From assembly GCF_964355755.1 (NCBI RefSeq), contig NC_092677.1, positions 23,733,175-23,797,174 on the forward strand: 64,000 nucleotides of DNA. Direction: 5' to 3'. Both the position numbers and the translations under genes were made by a program. Shown one piece after another: positions 1 to 13,410 of this stretch. Each line of letters opens with the position of its first letter. Position 1 is the first letter of the stretch. This stretch comes from Antedon mediterranea (taxonomy: Eukaryota; Animalia; Echinodermata). The notes under the pieces are model-generated. The model searched no databases and was not told the origin of the DNA. It was given only the letters and a program-made list of their open reading frames with translations.

Positions 1-1219
1 TTATAATTCTAGTTCTATTTTTATATTATAGCTAATAAAAACATTGTAAAAAAGTCCAGCACATTGCACAGGGCATACGTCAGGCTTTCAAACTAGAGAA
101 ATTATAATACAAATTGTAATGATGGTATTAGTTTATTCTATAAGCAAACGGCACAAGATAAGTCAACAATACGTATGTTATTACAACATACTAACTCAAC
201 CGCAGCCAATATTGTAGCCCTATCTACCATCTCATCCTAAGTACTATAAACTCTATAATTATTGCATGGATAAATAAATGTTACTTTTCTTTACTAACAC
301 CAGTTATTTACTTACAATACAGTAGGGCCACGCGAACAAGCTTCCATAAATACCGGCTTGTTATAAGAGTTGTTAAGTACATATTATGATTTTACTGAAA
401 TCTAAACAAGGGATATGATTAAAGACCACTGCGAAAATTATTTCAGAAAACAACAGAGTCGTAACTCAATCTGTGCATTTGTGTGTGTGTATATATTGCA
501 ACTAGTTTACTCAAATCATATACCAAATAGTTTTTCTCGGTACAGTAGTATCATCACCATCATGTACGAATGTTTTTAGTTAACAGGATATATATTCATT
601 CACTGGATAGTTACGAATTTTATTAAGCAAGTAAGAGTTTTTCTAGATTAGTTTAATTTATAATTAAAATCATATTATTTTCGAATAGTTTTTTGAAATG
701 TTTTAAACCAGTTTAACGCAGACAATTTCTAAAAAATGATTAAAATAGAAACCAGACTTTTTTAAATAAGTTAATTATATTTACTGCGCTTATAAACTTG
801 TCTGCATTTTTTTCCCTACTTTAAATCTGAATTTTAAAAATTAGAAATGAATGTTTAATTCAGTGTTGTGTATTTTTATAGTGTGTATCCATTTAATGTA
901 TGCGAAAATTTAATCCATTTAATGTCATATTCACAATTATTAATTGATGTAAACATTGAGCTAATATAACCGAGTTGCTATTTATATGTAGTTAATTATT
1001 TATTATAAAATACCAAATTAGGAACCAAATAAACCAGAAGCTAATACAATAAAAAAAAAAATCTTTTTATAAAATTATTCTTTCCATGCATTTGTTAATC
1101 AAATGATATTTATCCAGTGGCAAATTGATAAAAAAAAAATTATACCAATGTTGAATATACAGTTTGAAATGTGGAACTTTTTCTCAGTCTAAATGTAAAT
1201 TAGGCCTGCTAAATAGACC

Positions 1220-1328
1220 TAATTTAGAATGATCCTTAAACTTGAAAGCATTTCAATATGAATTAAAATGTCTGATTCATTTTAATTCATATTGAAATGC
1301 TTTCAAGTTTAAGGATCATTCTAAATTA
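1220..1328. repeat. Perfect 51-bp inverted repeat with 7-nt loop
   Basis: 1220-1270 is the exact reverse complement of 1278-1328; the loop is tctgatt. Confidence 0.95.
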
Positions 1329-1407
1329 ATGCATGCATTCTAGACATGCAAATTAAGCGGTACTGTTATCCTGTATCATGTACTGTACAATATCAGTATG
1401 CCTTATT

Positions 1408-1750
1408 AGATTTGGACCATGACCATCTACTGGTAAGGAAGAGAGCCTTCCAACTGCACCATATTCTGTCGCAATGTTAATCAATGGTTTGATTCAATGC
1501 ATTAACAATTCACTAAAAACAGTGGTCTATGGTTTGCATGATCCATAATATCAGATTTGGACCATGACCATCTACTGGTAAGGAAGAGAGGCTTCCAACT
1601 GCACCACATTCTGTCTCAATGTTAATCAATTGTTTGATTCAAATGCTCCGCATGATCCATTATCAGATTTGGACCTTGACCATTTACTGGTAAGGAAAAA
1701 ACCCTGCCATTGTACCACATTCTTTCAAAATGCGATTTAAATGGTTTTAA
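1408..1750. repeat. Three diverged tandem copies of a ~110-145-bp unit
   Basis: agatttggaccatgaccatctactggtaaggaa... starts at 1408, 1553 and 1665. Confidence 0.9.
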
Positions 1751-2152
1751 TTATGAAGCATTCTAATTGGCTATTTAAGACCAAGATCAATTTAATGATA
1801 CATCCTTGGTACATTATCATGCGCTACAATGACTGTGAATGTTAGTGCCGAAAGGCTATCAAACACAGTGCAACCTTCTAGGTGTCTCTTTTTAGTTCAT
1901 TAACCTGCCATGAAGGACACCTTACTCATTACGTCCATATCTTTCAATGAAATATTTTTTCGAAAATTTATTTATTTAGAAATTTGTAATTTTAAAGATT
2001 TGGAATATTAATATTGATAATTAATTTAATGGGGTTAATGTATGTTTACTAACTTTAATTATTTATTATAATTACATGTTTTATACTATGTTTTTTTTTC
2101 TTTTTAAAAAGTAGAATAAAAATGTTAAAGTCACCAAAAACTAAATCATTTG

Positions 2153-2619
2153 AAAAAAATAATATATTCATACTTTATACAATAAAAAAATATTGTTTGT
2201 ATAAAGTAGATATTTAAAATTTAGGCAAGAGATTTTCGCTAATCATCCCAACACAATTAATAGCTTTGACATGACCCATCCTAGACTCATTTTCGAAACA
2301 ATTTTGTTCTTATAGAATCCCAACTCCAGCAAAGTGACATTTCTTAAAATATTTAATTTAAATAATTTAAATATGAACTTAAATTAAAAAAATAATATAT
2401 TCATACTTTATACAATAAAAAAATATTGTTTGTATAAAGTAGATATTTAAAATTTAGGCAAGAGATTTTCGCTAATCATCCCAACACAATTAATAGCTTT
2501 GACATGACCCATCCTAGACTCATTTTCGAAACAATTTTGTTCTTATAGAATCCCAACTCCAGCAAAGTGACATTTCTTAAAATATTTAATTTAAATAATT
2601 TAAATATGAACTTAAATTA
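2153..2619. repeat. Apparently perfect 233-bp tandem duplication
   Basis: 2153-2385 is repeated at 2386-2619 with no differences seen by eye. Confidence 0.93.
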
Positions 2620-2778
2620 TTATTTACTGTAGAGAAACCATTGGTTATTACTTACAGTAAAATAAATAATAACAATGGTTTTGTTTTAAGGTGCATACGC
2701 TCATTTTACATGGGTCAAACCGAACCTCCCCAATTCAAAGGCATTTTGGGTAATAATAACATTTTATCATTACCATCT

Positions 2779-2936
2779 AAAGCTCTGTCTATACTATCAA
2801 ACTTTATGTGACAAAAAAATGTGATGTGCCCATATATGAACATGATGATGTCATAGCACTACCAAAGTTGGGCATATCACTACCGTGTTTAGATACATCA
2901 CACTTTTTTTGTCAAACTAGTTTGACAGAGCTTTAG
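2779..2936 (+). mobile_element. ~155-bp MITE family A (AGCTCTGTC termini, probably PIF/Harbinger-type)
   Basis: Terminal inverted repeats taaagctctgtc...gacagagcttta with internal (cactaccatatttgggcatat) repeats. Further copies at 17625, 17970, 43421 and 47739. Confidence 0.85.
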
Positions 2937-5274
2937 AAGTACTTTAGGCAAAAATGGTCAACTGTAATATTTATAGTATCTATATACTGTATACAGTATT
3001 GAGAATATATAGAACACTTGAACTTGAAGGCTGTGAATTTGTACCAGAAAATATAGTACAAACTTGTTGTTGAGATGTGTGAGGTCCTTTTACAATAACA
3101 TATTCAAAAAATGAATTACTTTGCAAAGGAAATCATGAAAGGAATATACTTATTTCCCTAGAGAATTACTAGACAAAAAGAGACATTAAGTTTAGGCAGA
3201 TAGAGTACTTGTAAATTCTACAACCTTAATAAACCTTTGTGGATTACCAAGAATAATAAGCAAAGAGAAGTAACAGGAAATAATTAGACTTAAGATAGCT
3301 TTTAAAGATGATACTTTGTTTAAAACTTCTTTCACCTAGGCCTATTTCAGTTTAAGATATTCTCCCCCTGAAAAAAATAATTTGTTAAACTTTTTTTGTT
3401 GAATTCCATTTTAACGTCACATATTGACTTTGACCAAACAAAACCAGAAATTATGAACCTAAAAAATTGTAATTTAGATCAAAAATACTTTAGTGTAATT
3501 GAAGAAATCTGTGAAAATAGGAAAAATGAGTTCCCTTAAATGAGATGAGAAAACTCTTGGGTCTGAATCTACTTAAATGTAGGTAGGTAGGTTATAATAC
3601 CACATATTTTATGTTGTAGTATGATAGTACAATTAATGAATGATTATGAGTTGAATGGGGAGAATATTTTCATGAGTTTAAAGATGTTGTTCCTATTCAA
3701 CGAGACAGAGCATAGTTGAATAGAAATACTGTTAGTGTACTTTGTGATATACACTTGGGTGACTAGAATAGTCACTGGTTTTCAAATATATACATAGGAA
3801 CATTTATTAGAACTAGATATTAATTCGTCAATTTTACAAATTATAGCTGATCTCTATGATAGAAGATAATTTACACATAAAATAAAGATACTGTATATAG
3901 CTATTAGAGATTATCACTTATACAGACTGTCAGGAAAGTACAAAAGTATGGAGAAAGATGCTAAACCATCAGCAATTATTATACTAATATTTTTTTTTAT
4001 GTGGATTTAGATAATTGAATACTATTTGTAAACAAAGAATAATACTACTGTATTCAACAGTGAATTAACTGCCTTTTAGACATTAATATACTGCTAGTGT
4101 ATTCCGTGATAATTAGCTAAAAACCATGTCTTTTGTTTGGTTCACTATCGAAATCAGAGACTTGTCGTTTTTTGGTTGAAAGAACAATTAGTGTAAACTG
4201 GGCTTTAATGAACTCTGTCTAATAAACTGAGTTTCTTAATCCAGTTTTTTTTTCATCAGTACGTTTGGTTAATTAGCATGTATACTGTATACTCCTTCTT
4301 TGGCATTGCTAGTATCAGACACGAGCTATATTAAAACCTCAAATATCTAACCTTTTTCATAAAAGACTTTAGGCTTAGCTTTAAAATATTACCATTGTTA
4401 TTATTATATTATGTTTATACTCTTGCAATTTAAAAATATTAAAATTATTTAAGACTGACTGATGAACCTTTTTATTTAAAATTTCAAATTATATATTAAC
4501 TATCTTTACTTATTACAGTAAATTTGAATTCCAATTAAATATTTACAGTAACATAATTGTTTGTTTCATATTTCTTAAATTGAAGTATCCTTTCATATGA
4601 TATAATCGTAAACAATCCTTGGTTACTGTATTTATATTTATTAAAATAGATGTATTTTCAAAATTTATTTCTCCTTAAAATAATTCTCAAAGTCAAATGT
4701 ATAAGATAAGATAAACGATTATCTCTGTGGTTTGTACCTCTCTATATCAAAATCTTGAAACAAATTCATCTGGGGCCAAAATTATAAATATTAATAAATA
4801 ATAATAAAATAATATTATTAAATTTCAAAATGTTGATACCACTTTTATGATATAAGATACAATTTCTATTCAATTTTATCTTGCTTGTTAAGAAACATTA
4901 TTACCAGCTTTCCAGGTGTACCAATGCGGATGTAATAACTATCAAATCTCTAGGCTGCATGCTTTTAAGTCTCTTCCCGGTTATTATCAATATTTCTGAA
5001 TCGTAACTAACAGGATATTGATTGCGTTTCTCGTTCCTCTAAATAACCTAAGGGATAACGGCGTGTCAGAAGTAATTACGTACTTGTCAACTACCTGCTT
5101 ATCACTTTGTATATTTTCAAAGTAAATGAAAAATTTCCAGCTTTAATCTTTTGGTTGCTCTACTCCTTCATGCACAAATTTCATGAAAAACATAAACATC
5201 CCTGACTAAACAAGAACTAGGCAAAGTCCTATTGATTTTGGTTTCTTTCTATCTCAACATCTCATCTTATTTAG

Positions 5275-5393
5275 GGGATGTGGATGATGCTCCAGCAAGA
5301 CAAACCAGAAGATTTTGTGATTGCAACCGGTGAGGTTCACAGTGTAAGAGAGTTTGTTGTTGCTGCCTTTAAATGCATAGGACAAGATATAGT
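5275..5393 (+). CDS. GMDS: GDP-mannose 4,6-dehydratase internal coding exon (equivalent to human exon 8), 119 nt
   Basis: Acceptor ...cttatttag (5273-5274), donor gtaagt (5394). Translates [39 protein letters not shown](V), matching the GMD motif [23 protein letters not shown]. Starts phase 0, ends phase 2. Confidence 0.97.
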
Positions 5394-5648
5394 GTAAGTT
5401 TATATTCCACAGCTGTAGGTAGTCTATGTGTTGAATTTAGAATTGTGTGCAAGATATTAAGGTTAGATGAGCCCCCAGTTGTGGGGAATGAAATTACTTA
5501 AGCACCTGCAGCAAAATTCAAAGTGAGGTGCCACATGCAGGCGTGCTAATTTGCATATCTGCACCTTTAAATTATACTGTACATAAGTTTTGTAATGTTT
5601 GTATTTTAGAAATAGTATGGTAGATATTATGGTATATAGTATGGTAGA

Positions 5649-5896
5649 GGAGTTGTTGATAGCCGAGTGGTTAGGACACTTGACTGTCATACAGATAGAC
5701 CCGGGTTCAATTCCCGACAACTCCCAGTCCACTCAGCTGTAAATGAGTACCTGGTTGAAAAATACTAGGGAGAAAAAAGGCGGCGTGGAAAGGAACTGGC
5801 CACCCTACCACATAATGCCGAGGCTTAGTACAATGAGCTCCTAACAGCTCATTCCCCTACGTTCAGAGAATACGGGACTCACCTTTACCTTTACCT
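5649..5896 (+). mobile_element. tRNA-derived SINE with 9-bp target-site duplication
   Basis: A box tagccgagtgg, B box gttcaattcc, body ccactcagctgtaaatgagtacc, (ccttta)n tail. TSD tatggtaga at 5640-5648 and 5897-5905. Confidence 0.88.
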
Positions 5897-5939
5897 TATG
5901 GTAGATATGGATGCTACTCCTTTAAAGTTTGGTGCCAAA

Positions 5940-6148
5940 AAGTAGTTGGGTATTAGTTAGGACACTTATCAGGACTGTCACAAAAAACCAGGTTCAATAC
6001 CTGATACGATCCCAAAGTCCCAGTCCACTTAACTGTAAATGAGTAATTGGCTGAAACTTGGTGGGAACAAGATGGAGTGTAAAGGAACTGGCCACTTGAC
6101 CACATGGCGTAGTACAATGAGCTCCTAACTGCTGATTACCTTACTTAC
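5940..6148 (+). mobile_element. Degenerate second copy of the same SINE family
   Basis: Shares ttaggacact, cccagtccact.aactgtaaatgagta, aaggaactggccac and tagtacaatgagctcctaac with 5649-5896. Confidence 0.8.
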
Positions 6149-6462
6149 ATTCATAATAATTTTTGGGCCTACACATGAATTTACTGTAGTTTCAAGTAAG
6201 CTATTGCTGTTAAATGTAACAGAGGTGTACAAAAGGTTTAGAGGGGTTTATGTTGCTGCTACACAGTTAAAAAAATAGGAGGCGCCATCTTTGTACAGTA
6301 CAAACAATATTTGTTTCCAAGGGTTGAAACTTAAACTGGGGTAAGGCCTTATAATCTACTTTATATTGGTCAGAAGACATTGTTACTGGATGATTCTTGT
6401 CCTGGAGATAGGTCCAACATTGCAATAACATATTTCGTATATTTTGTTTTCTAAAAATGTAG

Positions 6463-6559
6463 ATGGGAAGGATCTGGTGTTAAAGAAACGGGTATGGATA
6501 AAAATACAGGGATTATACGTGTAAGAGTAGATGAGAAGTTTTACCGTCCAACAGAAGTG
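6463..6559 (+). CDS. GMDS: GMDS coding exon (human exon 9 equivalent), 97 nt
   Basis: Acceptor tgtag, donor gtaagt at 6560. Completes the split codon GT|A (Val), then [32 protein letters not shown], containing the GMD motifs WEG and YRPTEV. Confidence 0.97.
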
Positions 6560-7637
6560 GTAAGTCTTTTTCGAAAACAATGAAATAATGTGGTTATTTT
6601 GAAAGTATGAAACAACCAAAAAAATATGTACTACTAAACAACTTAAGCTTGGTTTTTACTTGGACGCAGCGCAACGCAACGGATGTACAAGCAAGCAACA
6701 ATTTGGATGATCTATCGCGTTGTGATATTAATTACAGTTGGAACCTGACACTTCTGTTAAATAGACTAGAGCACCTATTAAGGGGACACTTCGGGACACA
6801 TCAATGGTCGTCAGGTTTTCATGAGAATTTACAGTTTCATAGTGACAGTATGGTTGCGAGACTCACTTATAAATTACACTTAAGTCAAAATCTTTTCAAT
6901 ATTTTTTACCTGATATTTTTTATTTTTTCAAACAAAACTTTGATGGCACACCCTTGTTTATGATCTTTTGCAATTGAAAGTATTTAACTAATTGGCAATA
7001 TTGAGTTGTACAATTAGGTTATTCTAACATACTCTTACCCTTCAGTGAACATCTGGGTTGTGGGGGCACCCTACTGATTGCTAAGGTCAGCGGCCTTTTG
7101 CAAATGTGCTGCTGCCTGAAGTCTTAGATTGCCTTTAGTCTGACAGACCAGGTGCTAAGCTATTTGCTGACCAATCAACGTTTTAAAGATATTTACAGTA
7201 TACCATGATCTTGTTTCTGCAAACAGATCAATTGATTTTTTATTTTGATGGGTCGACTACATTTGTGCTGGTTGAATGTGTGATGCAAGTTTTTACCCCT
7301 AGGGGTTTAGTGATGGCTGATCAAAGATGATAGTGTGTCTAACAATTTTCATGCTTGGCTGTCAAAATTTCAACCAATTTCCACGAAATTATATAAATAA
7401 TTTTACTTCCTGATAATGATGATAAAAATATTGTTATGGTCTGAAGAACAAATTTCACCAAAAAAACCTTTCTTGCAAGGAGTTTATTTAAATGCTTATT
7501 TCCCATGGGCTATTCTACAGTTGATGTAAATGAAATTTATGACAGTTTACTATAAAATCGCAACATTTTACTATAATAACTGCTCTCGGTACAATGCAGT
7601 ATCTACTCTATATAAACATGTTCAATTTTATTTCTTA

Positions 7638-8536
7638 GGGCCCGTTTCTGCTGCCAACCCAAAATATACCGTATAAATATACCGTATAAATATACCGTAT
7701 ATATACCGTATATGAAATTCGTGCACCGTTTCCGCTGCACATACTTCGTGGGTGGGTTGTAAAAAAGTTGGCTTTCATTACCCAAAATGCATTTCGTGAG
7801 ACGGAAGTATGGATTGACCTCGTGTAGTGAGGTTTTTACCTAGCTACCGGTACATGCTGACAAAAACAAAACAATGATGGTTTAAACGTTGTAGCATTGC
7901 TTTCTATTTTAAATCTAATGAGCAGAAGTGGCAACGAATTTACACCGCACATACAAGCACAATCTAGAAATGTCACTATAAATAAACTCTGTTAATTATT
8001 CAAATTGAGTTTATATTATGCTATATTATCCTATATTGCCGTTTTAATTTCCATTTTCTATTATACAGTATTTTACCATGATTTATTGTAATTAAAATCT
8101 CGGTATCTCTTCTGTTGCCATGCAGTCTCCCCCCAACTTTCGCTTCCCCCCACAATTGAATTGCAAAAATAGTGATTTGTTCGGTCCACAGTGACATTTT
8201 GATCTGTTGCTTGCTTTTACACGTGTGTTTCAACTTTCAGTGCAGCAGAAAAACCAAAACAAACGCGTCGCGCTCTGTTAGTTTTTGACCTCGTGTCATG
8301 AGTCGGGTCACATTTACGGTATATTTTGAGTGCAGCAGAAACGGGGAACGAAATATACGGTATATTTTGGAATATACCGTATAATATCCACAAATGATGG
8401 GGATATTTATGCAGTATATATACCGCAAATATATACGGTATATTTTTTATGAGACCCATTTCTGCTGCCAAAAAATATACCGTATATAAAATATACCGTA
8501 TATATACGGTATATTTTTGGCAGCAGAAACGGGGCC
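7638..8536. mobile_element. Non-autonomous PIF/Harbinger element, 899 bp
   Basis: 20-bp TIR GG(G/C)CCCGTTTCTGCTGCCAA, TTA target-site duplication at 7635-7637 and 8537-8539, subterminal (aaatataccgtat) repeats. Confidence 0.9.
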
Positions 8537-8539
8537 TTA

Positions 8540-8800
8540 GGCACACGTGGCCAAGGATTACCAATAGTAAATTAATCACTGTCCTATCAGATAGGTGGTT
8601 AACAAACCCCTACTTATCTCGAATGATGAACTGAGTTTTTAAAAAGTGTACGCGGCAAACTGTATACTGGACCTACTGTTTATAGTCCATAAATCCGAGA
8701 AGATTTGTTCAACCACCAGAACTAGGAGCAAGTTGGCCTCAATTTGATACCGATATTGTTGACCCTTTAGGTACTGCCCCGCCTTAACTGCTCGGCCATT
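8540..8800 (-). mobile_element. Deu/Nin-domain tRNA-SINE, minus-strand copy
   Basis: Reverse complement of the SINE at 13050-13400 (ccaaggattaccaatagt, ctgtcctatcagataggtgg, tccgagaaga). Confidence 0.85.
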
Positions 8801-11033
8801 TGACTCATTTGTCAATATGAAAACACATACATTTTCACTTCTATAAAATGTTCATAGCTGTATTGATATTATTGTTTATTAATTATTAATTTATTTATTA
8901 ACACATTTTTTAATGCGAAGTCAACAGCCTAGCCTTGTGTTGCACGTGTTTGCTTTTGTGTAACAAGAATGAACAATTGCATGTAATGAAATTCAATGGG
9001 AATATAAAAGTAATATTGAATGTCATGTGACCTACAATCCTCCAATCAAATGAAAATCTACTAAGGTACATTATGTATGTTTATAATGAATCATAATGGC
9101 TTGCCTCACTTTATTATTATTATTATTTTATTTATTTAGCGCTTTTCCAAATTAGTTTAAAATGATCAAAGCGCTTTACAGCAAACCCAACAATTCACAG
9201 TTTTTTTTTTATTTTACCCTGTAGTTAGTTTTTTCTGTTTATAAACTAAATATATATATTATATGTATATATTTGTTTATAATTATTTATTGATTTTGGA
9301 TTTACTTAACATTAAATGATAAACACATGATATGTTTGGGTATAAACAGTTTGATATTGTTTATTTTAAATACCACGACCAACATACATTGAAATTTAAA
9401 TAAGAAACCGCATCTTATTAACCACTTATCTTTATACATTATTTGTATCGCAATAATGCTCACTCCAATATGAGTAGAATTTAATTTTAACTACGAGAAA
9501 TTGTATACTGCATGTTTACGTATGCTCTTAAGGACTTGGTTCACGCTTGAACTTTACAAAGTACGTATGCGTTACGCGTTGAAGATGGGTTACAGATTAT
9601 CAGCTGTAGTGGCTTTGGGATATTCATTGATTTCAAACTAATGCTCATATATCCATGATCATATCTTATAACTCCCTAAGTTTAATTAACTTGATTTCAT
9701 TAATTATAATATTCTTAATTAATAATAATGAACAAAAACTATTATTTGAGACGATGAAGTAAGCATTTAATATTTAAAATACATTTTTTTTTAGATATTA
9801 CAATGTCAAATTGGTTTATTATTACATATTATTACCATCCTGTTTCTCAATTTATTTTAAGTGTTCTATGGGTCACAATGATTTTGGTTTATTTTTGTCA
9901 TTTAAAAAAAACATGTTTTGCTTTTTTAAGATACTGTACTTATTTTTTTTATTTATTTATTTATTTATTCAATTTTCTGCCATTATACAATACAAAAAAG
10001 ACAAAAGAAGTATAAAAGGCAAGGAAAGACCAAACAGGTGCTAAACACATATGCTAGTTGGTCAACCAAGAAGTATGTAGCCCTAAGGAGAATTTTCTTT
10101 GTTTCTTTGGTTAAAAAAAAAATATTATTTATTAATTTTAATGTACTTTTATATAGTCTTATTTTTGGGTTTCATTTTTGTTGTTTTTATAATTTTCTCT
10201 TTTTAAAATTCTTTCTGATATCTAATGATCAATCAGAAACTTTCTTGATTTTTGAAATTCTTTTTAAAGAGTCTGTTCAAGCGTGTTTTTATAGCTTCCG
10301 TGAATATCGTGCTTGAAATTAATTCCGCTCAGTTTGGAACAATAATGCATATTAAAGATAAAAAAACAGAATTAGTCACAAAGAAAGCACATCTTGAATA
10401 AGCTAGTTTCGGGTATGATAGAATACTTGTACAACCCATTACAAATTTTCATGTGTAACTGAAAAGCAAACTCCACAGCAGAAGACCCATTGTCTCCAAG
10501 TACCTGTTATTCAAAATATTCACAGATTTGACACCATTGTCTATGATCAAAGACTTTCACATGCCCGATTTGTAAGAATAATGTCCGTGATTTGAAGCGT
10601 CTTGCGTTTCATCGTGTGCGATTTTGTGATGCAAGGCGTTTTATAAAGGTGTTATCATCGGATGATTACATTACGTTGTAGTTTACCGATGACCTAATTT
10701 TAAATCAAGAGATTCAAGCGAAAGACTGCAAGGGAATTTTGAGTCAAGTTTTTATAGTTACTTAAATACAATTGTAATAATAATAATTATAATAATTTAT
10801 TTCCTGTTGCTAAAATATGTTTAAATTTGATTGATGTAAAGTTAATTAATATTTGAAATAACGAATATGCTGCAGCTTCTTAAAATAACAGTACAACTAA
10901 TTTAATTAAATTTAATTCACTTATTTACATCATGTACAGAAGTTCATAATTCTTTTTGCAAGACCCTTTAACATAAAACACATAACACACATAGATGATT
11001 AGGAATTTCACTTCAGTAAAACTATAGTCTTTA

Positions 11034-11192
11034 AGCCGATTTTCCACTAGGCGAATTTGTTCGCGCAAATCGAAAGCGCCAGCTTGTACGCATGTGTATT
11101 CATGTTTACATCTTCCACATCCTTCTCTACGCATGCGTATTAGCTGACGCCTTCGATTCGCGCGAACAAATTCGCCTAGTGGAAAATCGGCT
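11034..11192. mobile_element. PIF/Harbinger MITE, 159 bp
   Basis: Long TIR AGCCGATTTTCCACTAGGCGAATTTGTTCGCGC with TTA TSD at 11031-11033 and 11193-11195. A partial left end recurs at ~42127. Confidence 0.92.
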
Positions 11193-11659
11193 TTAAAGGA
11201 CAACTTGACCAAGGACCATATTTTTACATCGTATTAGGAATGTATATATGATTTCAGAACAATCATGAGATTAACGATATCGCTGCACGCGCTTCCGTAC
11301 AGCCATCGCCGTAAATTGCTGTGACGTCACAGGTACATCGCAAAATCTACTTAATGAGTCAAGATAAGCAAAAGAAACAATAAATAAAATCAACATTTAT
11401 ATTTTTTACAATTTATTTATAAAGTGTGTTTACTAGAAATTTTCGCGATTTGCCAGACTTTGCCAGAAAACTCATGACGTAAATTTTTAAAATGTTGAAT
11501 AAGATTTACACTGGTGAATGTTGTTTAGTGTGGATAGTGATGAGAGCATTCCCATACTGAACAGTCTAGGATTTTGTCCTCAGTTTGTATGCAAAAGACA
11601 CTTTATTTCATGACATTAGGCGCTTTATATATTTAAGATTGTTATTATTTATTATGCGT

Positions 11660-11930
11660 GTGTGCCACAGTGTGTTGGACGTTAGAATCCAACTCTAGCT
11701 GTATTGCTTGTATCCTTAGGCAAAATACTTTACTTACGTTTGCCTCTCTCCGCCAAGGTGTATTAGATCAAGACACCACTTTGCGCTGATTACAAGCTGC
11801 ATTATGGGAGTTATATATTATTATTATTATTATAATATAAAAATAATAATAATAATATAATAATAAACAGTATTTATATAGCGCCTAATGGATCACTGTC
11901 CCCTCTAGGTGCTTTACATATGACTAATGG
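11660..11930. mobile_element. Degenerate SINE, (TAA)n microsatellite and an L2-like 3' tail on the opposite strand
   Basis: tccttaggcaaaatacttt...ttgcctctctcc core, (tta/taa)n, then tttatatagcgcc...gctttaca. Confidence 0.55.
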
Positions 11931-13049
11931 TAATAAACTATCCCCCGCCGGACACCATTCCATTCCAGTATTTCTTAGTCGAGGAACACAATGTCAATTT
12001 GTTTGAATTTGAAGTTTACTGATAAAAATAAAATTGTTTTATTCTTTGATAAAACATTTTTTTTCTCTCTACGTACTACTCGTGATAAAAAGAAACGTTG
12101 TGTATGGATGTTATAAATTTGATTAAGAAACATTTTTAAAATATTTTTATTGAACAAAGTAATTTTACAATTTTGTCTGCAGCTAGATAGTAAATTAAGA
12201 ACAACCAAATTACTTTTTTATAAAAAGTAAATTTTAAATAATGACAAAAAGAATGTTTTTATTTCGCGTTATAAAGTCTTTTGTCGGACAATCTTTGATT
12301 CAATTTTAGTATTTTTGTAATTTGCATTGTAACTAAATGGTGAACATTTATATTCTGGTATACCTTAATTGAATCTTGCTCATTTTATAATAGATATCAC
12401 TATTAATTATTATCTTTTTCTTATTAATATTAGTATAAAAAGATAATAGAGTTATTTCTATGTCTAGTGATGTTAATGGTCTGGCAGACATTTCTATCAG
12501 TCGTGATTATACACAATTAAAGATATAAAGCCACAATATTTTGATATTAATTTCTAAATCTTTACAAGCTAAATTAGATGCTCTTTATCATCACTGTAAA
12601 TTGTAGAATCTTAATAATGAATTAAGAACTTTGCATTTTATTAAAAAGTATTGTTGAAAAAAAAAATGTAACTGTAACTGAACAAATCATATAAGTTGTT
12701 CTGATTTTGTTTTTTGCTTTTTAAAATAGCCTGAATTATGTACTATAAAATCTGTACCAGTACTCTCAAATATAATAATTAAATTCATATTTAAGTTCTT
12801 AAAATTATTAATGAATTAACAAAACAGGGTAATATTTAAATTCTGATTTTATGAATTATTGCTGAATATACAATTGTTATGATTATTTAAATCGTTAGAT
12901 TTCTATAATTCATGAATTTATAATTTCTAATTAATTTGTATAACAATAATGTTACAGTTATATTTGTGTTTTAATGACTAGAGTGACTACTGAAATAGAT
13001 TATTTTAGAAAGTAATTTAGTTTTTTTAGAAGCAGCAAATTTAAATATG

Positions 13050-13410
13050 CGAGTCATATGGCCGAGCGGTTAAGGCAGGGGCGCCGTTTACCGTACCTAA
13101 AGAGCCAACAACATCGGCAAGGGTTCGAGGCCGACTCGCTCCTACTCCTAGTTCTGGTGGTGGAACAAGTCTTCTCGGATAAGGACTATAAACCGTAGGT
13201 CCAGTGTACACAGTTATAACCTGTGTGTACTTTAAAGAACCCAGTTCATTATTCGAAAAGAGTAGGGGGTACCCCGGTGAACTGGTTCACACAATACTAG
13301 CCCCTGTATCAGGGGGATTACCACCTATCTGATAGGACAGTGATTAATTCACTATTGGTAATCCTTGGCCACATTGCCTAAAGACATAAAATAAAATAAA
13401 AAAAATAAAA
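13050..13410 (+). mobile_element. Full-length tRNA-SINE with Deu/Nin central domain
   Basis: A box tggccgagcgg, B box gggttcgagg. Central cttctcggataaggactataaaccgtaggtcc...ttaaagaaccc...aagagtagggg matches the Deu/Nin SINE domain. A-rich (taaaa)n tail. Confidence 0.88.

Noticed and set aside
1-5274. Upstream GMDS exon (GNLDAKRDWGHA motif)
   Set aside because: Not found; it presumably lies before the window, so this region is intronic.
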